Part shown: piece after piece, positions 10,352-18,663 of the stretch | Numbering within the stretch: position 1 is the stretch's first letter | Layout of the letters: each line of letters opens with the position of its first letter | Notes under the pieces: model-generated | The model's input: only the letters and a program-made list of their open reading frames with translations | Told to the model about the DNA's origin: nothing | The model's database searches: none | Made by a program: the position numbers and the translations under genes | From: a bacterium | Lineage (GTDB): Bacteria > Patescibacteriota > Patescibacteriia > JAGPKW01 | Length of the DNA stretch: 64,000 bases | Direction of reading: 5' to 3' | NCBI GenBank assembly: GCA_021780535.1 | Contig: JAJXYN010000009.1 | Span: forward strand, 5,631 to 69,630

Positions 10352-10750
10352 TTATAATGTTTTTCTTACTGAATATTCTGGTGTTATTATTTGAGAGTAT
10401 TTTTTGTTTTTTGTTTTTTCTATTCCTATTTTTATAAAATCCTCATTCGTTTCAAATTCGGTAGATAATACTCCAATTATTGGAATATTTAACTTATAAG
10501 CTATTGCATTTGCTATTATTATTCCTATTCTGAAATTCATGTTTATTCCTAAACCATTACAAACAACTAGATATTTTATAGTTGATATATCTAATTTAAA
10601 ATCTAAAATAAAATTATTTAATAATTCTAAAATCTTTTGAGAATCTTTAAAGTCTATTATATTTATTTTTGAAAACAAAATCTTACCATATTCATCTGAT
10701 ATGAAAAATTTTATTTCTTCTTTTGAATTTGTGTTGATAAATAGAACCAT
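10352..10750 (-). CDS. tsaB: TsaB/YeaZ-like protein (short, N-terminal domain only) of the tRNA t6A machinery
   Basis: 132 aa. ...VVCNGLGINMNFRIGIIIANAIAYKLNIPIIGVLSTE resembles the GPGSFTGLRIG...P..GV core of the YeaZ/TsaB N-domain. Confidence 0.45.
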   Translation of the reverse strand: MVLFINTNSKEEIKFFISDEYGKILFSKINIIDFKDSQKILELLNNFILDFKLDISTIKYLVVCNGLGINMNFRIGIIIANAIAYKLNIPIIGVLSTEFETNEDFIKIGIEKTKNKKYSQIITPEYSVRKTL

Positions 10751-10766
10751 AAATTATTATTACTGC

Positions 10767-10866
10767 AATAAATCTAACTATAATATTTTCTTTTCATGGT
10801 GTTCCGCTCAATTGAGATATCAAGCGAGCTTCACAAATGAAAGAAAATATTATAGTTAGATTTATT
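10767..10866. repeat. About 30-bp near-perfect inverted repeat flanking a 39-nt GC-richer spacer that contains the 10-bp perfect palindrome CTCAATTGAG
   Basis: Arms aataaatctaactataatattttc(t)tttcat / atgaaagaaaatattatagttagatttatt with one bulged T. Intergenic between the rfbC stop and the tsaB start. Confidence 0.65.
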
Positions 10867-10905
10867 AAAAAATATATTAGAAAACATTCTTAAATTAATC
10901 ATATT

Positions 10906-11469
10906 TTATTCAAAAAGTTTTACATCCTTGAAAAATGGTAATTCTAGATCTTTTTGAGATACTATTGGCGTTACCCCTAGGCTTGTTATAACTAAATTTA
11001 ATTCTGGATCATCATATCTTATTCCTGCTTCATGTTCTTTGGAATACTCATTAGAGCATTTATAATTAAATATTGTATCATCTTCCAATACTACAAAACC
11101 ATGGGCGAATCCGACTGGCACATAAAACATTTTATTATTATTTTCTGATAATTCTACTGAAAAAACTTTTTTAAAAGTTGGAGAAGATTTTCTTATATCA
11201 ATTGCAAAATCTAAAACCTTACCTTTTATAACTGAGCATAATTTTGCTTGAGCTTTTGGATTTAATTGATAATGCATTCCCCTCACGCTACCCTTTTTTG
11301 AACATGATAAATTATCTTGGACAAAATCAACATTAATACCATTAGATATAAATTCTGATTTTTTAAAAGTTTCAGTAAAAAAACCTCTATCATCTGTAAA
11401 TGATTTTTTTTCTATTATTATTGGGTATTCTAAATTTGAATCTTCTAATTTATTGAATATAAAAGGCAT
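10906..11469 (-). CDS. rfbC: dTDP-4-dehydrorhamnose 3,5-epimerase
   Basis: Cupin with RGMHYQ motif (SVRGMHYQLNPKAQAKL), 187 aa. Confidence 0.9.
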   Translation of the reverse strand: MPFIFNKLEDSNLEYPIIIEKKSFTDDRGFFTETFKKSEFISNGINVDFVQDNLSCSKKGSVRGMHYQLNPKAQAKLCSVIKGKVLDFAIDIRKSSPTFKKVFSVELSENNNKMFYVPVGFAHGFVVLEDDTIFNYKCSNEYSKEHEAGIRYDDPELNLVITSLGVTPIVSQKDLELPFFKDVKLFE

Positions 11470-11473
11470 AATT

Positions 11474-12496
11474 TTATTTTACACATTTATTAAGTTCGTT
11501 TTCTTTATTTTTTTCTATATTTTCAACCCATTCTTTATTGTTTATATACCATTCAACCGTTTCTTTTAGTCCTTCTTTGAAATTTTCTTTTGTATAAATA
11601 GGTTTCCACCCCATAGATTTTATTTTACTTGAATCTATAGCATATTTTCTATCATGCCCTGGTCTATCTTTAACATATTCTATACTATTTTCATCTTTAC
11701 CCATTAATTCTAAGATGGCTTTTGTTATATCAATATTTTTAATTTCATTATCTGAACCTATATTATAAGTTTCTCCATCAACTCCTTTGTGTAATAATAA
11801 ATCTAAGGCATTAGAATGGTCTATAGCATGAATCCAATCTCTAACATTAAGACCATCTCCATAAACTGGAATTTTTTCATTTTTTAATAATTTCAAAACA
11901 AAAAACGGAATCATTTTTTCTGGGAATTGATATGGTCCATAGTTATTTGAACAATGCGTAACTATAACTGGTAAATGGAATGTTTTTACATAAGCTCTAC
12001 AAAATAAATCAGAACTAGCTTTTGAAGCTGCATATGGAGAATTTGGTTTAAAATTACTTGATTCTGTAAATCTATCTTTTCCATCAAGCTCTAAAGAGCC
12101 ATAAACCTCATCCGTAGAAACATGAACAAGTCTTTTTATTTGTTCTTTATTATTTTTAACAATTTCTAATATTGTTTGAGTACCTAAAACATTTGTTATT
12201 ATGAAATCTTTTGCAAAACCATGAATCGATCTATCAACGTGTGATTCTGCTGCAAATGCAATTATATAATCTATATTCTCTGTTTTTATTGTATTTTCTA
12301 ATAATTCATAATCACAAATATCCCCTTTTACAAATTTATAATTAGAATTATCTTCTAAATCTTTTAAATTATCTAAATTCCCTGCATATGTTAATTTATC
12401 ATAATTTATTATTTTATAATTTGGATATTTTTTTATCATGTAATGAATAAAATTTGAGCCTATAAAGCCGGCTCCGCCCGTTACTAGTAAGTTCAT
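11474..12496 (-). CDS. rfbB: dTDP-glucose 4,6-dehydratase
   Basis: N-terminal Rossmann TGGAGFIGSNF, catalytic YAASKASSD (YxxxK) motif, 340 aa. Confidence 0.9.
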   Translation of the reverse strand: MNLLVTGGAGFIGSNFIHYMIKKYPNYKIINYDKLTYAGNLDNLKDLEDNSNYKFVKGDICDYELLENTIKTENIDYIIAFAAESHVDRSIHGFAKDFIITNVLGTQTILEIVKNNKEQIKRLVHVSTDEVYGSLELDGKDRFTESSNFKPNSPYAASKASSDLFCRAYVKTFHLPVIVTHCSNNYGPYQFPEKMIPFFVLKLLKNEKIPVYGDGLNVRDWIHAIDHSNALDLLLHKGVDGETYNIGSDNEIKNIDITKAILELMGKDENSIEYVKDRPGHDRKYAIDSSKIKSMGWKPIYTKENFKEGLKETVEWYINNKEWVENIEKNKENELNKCVK

Positions 12497-12511
12497 ATTT
12501 ATATTTATTAT

Positions 12512-13363
12512 TTATATAACCTTTAGAAATTCTGCCAAAGCTTCCTTCCAATTTCTCATTTTTGGTTCTATTTTTGTATTTATTAGTATACTGTATTTTG
12601 GTCTTCTTGCTTTTGTTGGATATTTTTCTGATTTTATTGGATTTACTATTGTTGTTATTTTTTTTAATCTGAATATTTCTTTTGCAAAATCATACCATGT
12701 TGTAGATCCTTCGTTTGTTGTATGATATATTCCTTTTTCTAATTTTTTTTCTAAAATATACCTTGTTCTTTTTGCTACATCTACGGTATATGTTGGGTTT
12801 CCATGTTGATCATTTATTACATTTATCTCTGATTTTGTTTTGGATAATTCTAACATTGTTTTCACAAAATTCTTGCCTTCTTTCCCATAAAGCCAAGATA
12901 CTCTTAGTATATAATATTGAAATTTATAATTTTGGTTTTCTATCCTTAGAATATTCTGTTCTCCTATATATTTTGAATATCCATAATAATTAACTGGACC
13001 CATTGTTTTATTATCCTCTTTATACCCATCTATACTTTCTCCATCAAATACATAATCTGTTGAATAATGGACAAATATTATGTTACTCCTAGAGCAGGCT
13101 TCTGCTAAATATAAGACACTTTCTGCATTTAATTTTAATACTAGTTCTCTTTGATCTTCATCTTCTGCATTATCAACCGCCGTATAAGCTGCTGCATTTA
13201 TTAAAATTTCTGGATTTGTGCTTTTAATAAAATTATCTATATGTTCTTTGTTTGTTATATCTAGAGTTTCTTTATCTGTTAATATTAATTCATTATCTTT
13301 TTTTAATTCTTCTATTAAATCGTGAGCTAGCATACCTTTTGACCCTGTTATTAATATTTTCAT
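12512..13363 (-). CDS. rfbD: dTDP-4-dehydrorhamnose reductase
   Basis: MKILITGSKGMLAHDL N-terminus, about 283 aa short-chain reductase typical of RfbD, in rfbDBC order. Confidence 0.85.
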   Translation of the reverse strand: MKILITGSKGMLAHDLIEELKKDNELILTDKETLDITNKEHIDNFIKSTNPEILINAAAYTAVDNAEDEDQRELVLKLNAESVLYLAEACSRSNIIFVHYSTDYVFDGESIDGYKEDNKTMGPVNYYGYSKYIGEQNILRIENQNYKFQYYILRVSWLYGKEGKNFVKTMLELSKTKSEINVINDQHGNPTYTVDVAKRTRYILEKKLEKGIYHTTNEGSTTWYDFAKEIFRLKKITTIVNPIKSEKYPTKARRPKYSILINTKIEPKMRNWKEALAEFLKVI

Positions 13364-13380
13364 AGATTTTTTGTTATTTA

Positions 13381-14907
13381 TTATTTTGAATAAATTTTCC
13401 CTGTTTTATTCTCTAAATATTTTATAACACCATTCTTTGTTTTAATCTTTCCTTCTAAAAATAAATTACTCATTTCGTTTATTATCTGAGAAGAAACTTG
13501 CCCTTCTTTTATTTCAAAATCTTTTAATATTTCCGGAGTTATTATTTCTGATATTTTTATTTTATCTTGCAATAAATCATTGTATATATTTATAAATTCT
13601 AACAATTTTGATGAAATTTCTTTTTCAATTAATGATTCATCATCATATTCTGCTATTAAAAATACAAAATTTAATATCAATAATTTTACAAAATTATTAT
13701 TAAAAGCAAATTTCTTTTTATCTACAATATTTGAATCTAATAATTCATTTAATTTTGAATCATGATTTATTATTAACCAAGAGATTTCCTCTTTCAATTC
13801 CTTATTAAACCCATATCTCTTCATTATATCCATAGATATACTTAGGGACATTGTTTCATGATCTTTAAAATATATTTTTTTTAGTCCATTCTCTAATTCT
13901 ATATATTCTGGGTTTAATTTACCTATTTCATGAAAAAGACAACTCCATAATACGCCTGTGCCATATTTATCAATTATACAGTCCTTAATGTCTTTTGTAT
14001 TTTGTAGATCTCCAAAATCTTTGAATAAATATTTTTTTAATAAATTGAATAATATTTTATTAGAAAAAGCCTTTATACAATTTAATGTAAAAACGTATAT
14101 ATCTGAATTTGAATTATCATTTACTTTATAAATTATACCCTGTGTCTTTTTAATCTCTGGCAAAAGATATTCTAGTATCTTAAATTTATCTAATTCATAA
14201 AACACACTATTTATGTTTGTCAAAGACAAAATTTCATCAAGTTCTATTTTTATTCTTTCTTTTGATATCTTTTCTAAATTTTTACCATACTGTTTGATTA
14301 AATTTATATCTTTATCTTTAGAAATTAAACCGTATTTATTCTTAAATCTAATATATCTCAATATCCTTAAATAATCTTCTTTTATTCTCTTTTCTGTTTT
14401 GCCTATAAATTTTATCTTTTCTTTTTTAATATCTTTTATACCTCCATTAAAGTCTGTTATGGTTTTTAAAAAAGGATTAAAATAAAGAGCATTCATTGTA
14501 AAATCCCTTCTTTTTGAGTCTTTTTTTATTGAGTTCAAAAATTTTATAGAAGATGGTCTTCTTCCGTTAGATACTTTTCCATCTTTTCGCAAAGAAGCTA
14601 CTTGAAAATTAAACCCATTGAATAAAACTGAATAAACCCCAAAAACTTCATTTAATATTTTATATTCAATATTTTTTGATTCAAAAAACTCTTTTATATC
14701 TTTTTTGTTTTTACGTTTTATAGCAATATCAATATCTTTTATTATATTTTTTTTATTTAAAAATTTATACATCAATAAATCCCTTGGGTAGCCACCAACG
14801 AAATAACATTCTGAATATTCATTTAATATTTTTAAAAAATCAACTGCAGAGGATTCTATTTGTGTTTTTGGAGAATAATCTTCTATTTTTATAATTTTTT
14901 TTAACAT
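13381..14907 (-). CDS. cca: tRNA nucleotidyltransferase / poly(A) polymerase family enzyme (CCA-adding enzyme-like)
   Basis: Pol-beta-type head motif GGYPRDLL...DIDIAI at the N-terminus, 508 aa with a long C-terminal helical region. Confidence 0.7.
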   Translation of the reverse strand: MLKKIIKIEDYSPKTQIESSAVDFLKILNEYSECYFVGGYPRDLLMYKFLNKKNIIKDIDIAIKRKNKKDIKEFFESKNIEYKILNEVFGVYSVLFNGFNFQVASLRKDGKVSNGRRPSSIKFLNSIKKDSKRRDFTMNALYFNPFLKTITDFNGGIKDIKKEKIKFIGKTEKRIKEDYLRILRYIRFKNKYGLISKDKDINLIKQYGKNLEKISKERIKIELDEILSLTNINSVFYELDKFKILEYLLPEIKKTQGIIYKVNDNSNSDIYVFTLNCIKAFSNKILFNLLKKYLFKDFGDLQNTKDIKDCIIDKYGTGVLWSCLFHEIGKLNPEYIELENGLKKIYFKDHETMSLSISMDIMKRYGFNKELKEEISWLIINHDSKLNELLDSNIVDKKKFAFNNNFVKLLILNFVFLIAEYDDESLIEKEISSKLLEFINIYNDLLQDKIKISEIITPEILKDFEIKEGQVSSQIINEMSNLFLEGKIKTKNGVIKYLENKTGKIYSK

Positions 14908-14909
14908 TT

Positions 14910-15602
14910 TTATATTTTATTATTGGAATTTGAAGTATCTTTCAACATGTTTTCTGCCATATATTTATTCAAACCTTCCGATATTTCATCTTTTACTACT
15001 ATTTTTTTGCATTCTAATATTTTATATAAAAATTTGTCTATTAAATTTAATCTATGGATAAATTCGTCCCTATCCATAACTGTATAATTCAACTCTCTTC
15101 CTACCATTTTTTCTAATTCTGAAACAAAAGATAGAACCTTTTCACTATCAAAAGTACCAATAGCTAATATATCTGTTGGTGAATCTGAATTTGTAAAATA
15201 ACCCGTTAATATAAAATAACCTATACCTTCTATAGTTTTTATTTTCTCTTTTATTTCATTTTCTGATATTATCTCTGATTTCAAAAACAAAGCTTTTAAT
15301 TCATTAAAATAAGAAAAGTCTTGATTTGTTTGATAATATTTTTTTTGGATTTTCCCACTTGATTTTGTAGAGATGGTATTTTCTGTATCACTATCTTCAT
15401 TATCAAGAGATCCGAGATCACTTTCTCCTACGCATTTTATTAATTCTATACTTTCTAGATTTGAGAGTTCTCTACGAATAGAATTTAAATGCTCATCTAA
15501 AAGCCTTGTAAGTTCCCGAACAAAAAATTTTTTTTCTGGATTAAAAAGAAAAAGTTTTAATAATTTTACCCTAGTATTAGAACTAAATAATTGATGTAAC
15601 AT
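14910..15602 (-). CDS. Winged-helix (ArsR-like) domain fused to a minimal nucleotidyltransferase-like domain
   Basis: N-terminal RVKLLKLFLFNPEKKFFVRELTRLL HTH. C-terminal GYFTNSDSPTDILAIGTFD resembles the G[SG]...D-h-D NTase motif. Immediately upstream of, and overlapping, the cca start. Confidence 0.4.
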   Translation of the reverse strand: MLHQLFSSNTRVKLLKLFLFNPEKKFFVRELTRLLDEHLNSIRRELSNLESIELIKCVGESDLGSLDNEDSDTENTISTKSSGKIQKKYYQTNQDFSYFNELKALFLKSEIISENEIKEKIKTIEGIGYFILTGYFTNSDSPTDILAIGTFDSEKVLSFVSELEKMVGRELNYTVMDRDEFIHRLNLIDKFLYKILECKKIVVKDEISEGLNKYMAENMLKDTSNSNNKI

Positions 15603-15818
15603 TTTGATTGAATAAGTTAACTATTATTATTGTTATAATTTATTTATTTCAGTGTATAACATTTTTGTTCTATCATCAAGAAGCTGAATAAAAATTTTAT
15701 TTTATCAAATTTTAGCTAATTTAATTTATTATACTCTTTTTAACTGTTAACAATTTATTCTAAATAAAATCTTATTATGCTATTATACTAATATAAGATT
15801 TTTAATCTTCTTAATATT

Positions 15819-18050
15819 ATGTCTGAAAATTTAGAAATATCAGTAAAAAGCTTTCATATCAACAGTCATGATAAAAATTCATTTGTTGATGTTTTAATAT
15901 CTTCACCTTCTCCCGTTCAAAAAAGAACTCTCGGAAAACTTGTTATAATAACGCAAATAAACTCTGAGATCCAAACAAAAAATTTAATCAATATTATAAA
16001 TGAGAATATTAGGAGTAATTATTATTCAAATATAAATGCTAATATTGAATTTTCATTAGAATCAACACTTTCTGACTTTAATAAAAAAATAAAAGAAATA
16101 GAAAAGATAGAAAAGATAAAAGATTTGAAATCTAAACTATCTACTTGCGTTATAATAATAAAAGATAACTCCGTTTATTTCACCCAACATGGCGATATTT
16201 CTAGCCTTCTACTACATAAAACTAAAATTATAAATATAGTAGAAGATAATGTAGTGGAAGATAATCCAGAAAAGATTTTTTCTAATATTATTATTGGGAA
16301 AATTACAAAAGGAAGTACATTATTATTCTCTACAAATAGTTTATTTGATTATACAGAACAAGAAAAAATATCAAATCATCTAGAAAATTCTAATATAGAA
16401 AACACAACTGAATTTATTAGAAAAAGCTTAGATGCTAAAGAAGATATTTCTTATGGGATAGGATGTGTTTTGATTGGAGAAAAAAAGATACTAGAAGAAG
16501 AGATTGCAAATGAAGATGATGACGTCTCTTACGAAGATAGAAATAATATGGAACAAAATATAATACCTCAATTAATTGGTAATATAAATAAGCCATTAGG
16601 ATTTTTTAAAGACTTCTCAAATTTTGTATCATCAAAAATGAAATCATTATCTGAAAATAAAAAATTAAATGATTTTATTAATAGCACTAAAAAAAATAGT
16701 AAAGAAGCTATAACTATAATATCAGAAAAAAGCAAAGAAAATATCAAAAAAGGTGGAGAAAGTATATCTAAAAAAATGAAAGTATTTTTCACATCAATAC
16801 CATCCACAGTTAAAACCGCTATTGAAAAAACTAAAAAAATAAATGAAGAAATAGCAAAAGAAACTCCAAAAGAAAGATTTGCAAGATATGAAAATAATAT
16901 AAAAACTTGGTACAAGGAACTTACTTTAGCTAAAAAAATAGTATTTGTTTCAATAATTGTTGTAATATTTTCATCTTTAATTACATATAGAATATGGCAA
17001 CAAAACGAAAAAGCTAAAATAGCTGAAAACGAATATCAAGATAGTCTAAATTATATAAAATCTATACAAAACGAATCCACATCTTCTTTATTATATAACA
17101 ACATACCAAAAGCTAAAGAGCTTATATCAAATGCTGAATACTTAATATCAAATTTAAAAACGGACTCTAAAACTAGACAAGAAAATAAATTAAAATTAGA
17201 AGAAGAAAATAAAAATATATTGAATAAGGTCTATAAAATAATTAACATTACAAATCCTACTGTATTATCTGATTTATCTTCAAATAATCCAGCTGTTACT
17301 GTTAATATTAATAAAATATTATTCTTTAAAAATTCTTTATATGCTTTTGATTATAAAAATAAAGGTTTTTATAATATAGACAATGCTAGTAAAAACGTAA
17401 TTAAAATCACTACTGATGCGAATCTCAATGAAATAAAAGCTATGAATATTGTATCTAGCGAAAATGGTAATATTTTATTCATAGATTCTAGTAATAATAT
17501 GTACACTTTTGATGGAACATCAATAAACAGAATAACATTAAAAGATAGTTACCAAACCGAACTAAACAAATACTCTATTAGTGATATAAACTCATATAGT
17601 CAAACATTATATCTATTAGATACTAACAAACAAGATATACTTACTATAAAAAAAGGTACAAAAGACTATGGTAATGTTTATTCTTGGCTAAAATCTTCTT
17701 GGGATTTTAAAGATGTTACATCTATGACTATAGATGGATACATATATACAGCAAAGTCTAATGGCTTAGTTGAAAAATTTTATAGAGGTTATAACAGAGC
17801 CTTTACTCTTGATGAAATAAACCCTAAATTACAAAATATTGTTAAAATATATACGGATGATAGTACTAATAATATTTATATACTAGATGCTCAGGGAAAA
17901 AGATTTGTTGTTTTTAATAAAAATACTGGCTCACTTGTTGGACAATATATATCTACAAGCTTTGATAAGTTAAAAGATTTTTATGTAGATTCAAAAGCCA
18001 ATAAAGCTTACATATTAAATGATAATAAAATTTTTGAAATATCTTTATAA
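15819..18050 (+). CDS. Hypothetical single-pass membrane protein with a C-terminal beta-propeller-like repeat region
   Basis: 743 aa. One TM helix around residue 370 (IVFVSIIVVIFSSLITYRIW). The C-terminal 350 aa has recurring Y..D / G..Y blade-like segments. Confidence 0.55.
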   Translation: MSENLEISVKSFHINSHDKNSFVDVLISSPSPVQKRTLGKLVIITQINSEIQTKNLINIINENIRSNYYSNINANIEFSLESTLSDFNKKIKEIEKIEKIKDLKSKLSTCVIIIKDNSVYFTQHGDISSLLLHKTKIINIVEDNVVEDNPEKIFSNIIIGKITKGSTLLFSTNSLFDYTEQEKISNHLENSNIENTTEFIRKSLDAKEDISYGIGCVLIGEKKILEEEIANEDDDVSYEDRNNMEQNIIPQLIGNINKPLGFFKDFSNFVSSKMKSLSENKKLNDFINSTKKNSKEAITIISEKSKENIKKGGESISKKMKVFFTSIPSTVKTAIEKTKKINEEIAKETPKERFARYENNIKTWYKELTLAKKIVFVSIIVVIFSSLITYRIWQQNEKAKIAENEYQDSLNYIKSIQNESTSSLLYNNIPKAKELISNAEYLISNLKTDSKTRQENKLKLEEENKNILNKVYKIINITNPTVLSDLSSNNPAVTVNINKILFFKNSLYAFDYKNKGFYNIDNASKNVIKITTDANLNEIKAMNIVSSENGNILFIDSSNNMYTFDGTSINRITLKDSYQTELNKYSISDINSYSQTLYLLDTNKQDILTIKKGTKDYGNVYSWLKSSWDFKDVTSMTIDGYIYTAKSNGLVEKFYRGYNRAFTLDEINPKLQNIVKIYTDDSTNNIYILDAQGKRFVVFNKNTGSLVGQYISTSFDKLKDFYVDSKANKAYILNDNKIFEISL

Positions 18051-18061
18051 AAATAAAAAAT

Positions 18062-18094
18062 GGCGGGATTCAGAACGAATCTCGCCTTTTTGTT
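18062..18094 (+). terminator. Rho-independent terminator
   Basis: GGCGGGATTC-agaac-GAATCTCGCC, a 10-bp stem with one G-U, followed by TTTTTGTT. Confidence 0.7.
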
Positions 18095-18115
18095 ATATAT
18101 ATACATAACATTGAG

Positions 18116-18661
18116 TTAACCCTTATTTTTCGAGATTAACCCCATAATGAACCTTACCAATTTTGAAAGATCGTTATAGAATTCTTCTTCATGGATACAC
18201 CCTATAACGTTTTTGGCAGCTTCATCACTCATAAAATCAACAATTTCTCCTGTGCCATAATGATTTTCTGGCTTTCTAATTGTGATTAATATGATGTTTA
18301 GACCATTACAGTCCCTTGATAGAAAAAGATCTTTCCGGCGTGGACTATTATCAAAAGCCGAGAGATCATCTTCATGAATAACTATAATAGATCCTTTTCT
18401 GTCCCCCAATCTAATCTCATCAAAAGACAATACTTCAATGATTTTTTGGTTACCAGGAAAGATAGATGTAAGAGACTGCACAATAAGATACAACTTATCT
18501 TTCGAGCTACCTAATGCTTGTTTTCTTAACTTGGAATTCCTCGGGACCACTAGAACAATCTTGTCTACCATTGAAATATCAAGCTTCTTCATGTATTTTG
18601 CCTCCTGTAAATTCAAAATTGTATTCAGTGTATTTTTATCATATTTTTTATTTTTTTGCAA
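18116..18661 (-). CDS. Hypothetical protein (181 aa) with locally elevated GC
   Basis: ORF tightly coupled to the upstream 760-aa membrane protein gene, whose stop adjoins this start. GC about 35-45% in sampled windows against about 25% background. Confidence 0.5.
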   Translation of the reverse strand: MQKNKKYDKNTLNTILNLQEAKYMKKLDISMVDKIVLVVPRNSKLRKQALGSSKDKLYLIVQSLTSIFPGNQKIIEVLSFDEIRLGDRKGSIIVIHEDDLSAFDNSPRRKDLFLSRDCNGLNIILITIRKPENHYGTGEIVDFMSDEAAKNVIGCIHEEEFYNDLSKLVRFIMGLISKNKG

Positions 18662-18663
18662 CC

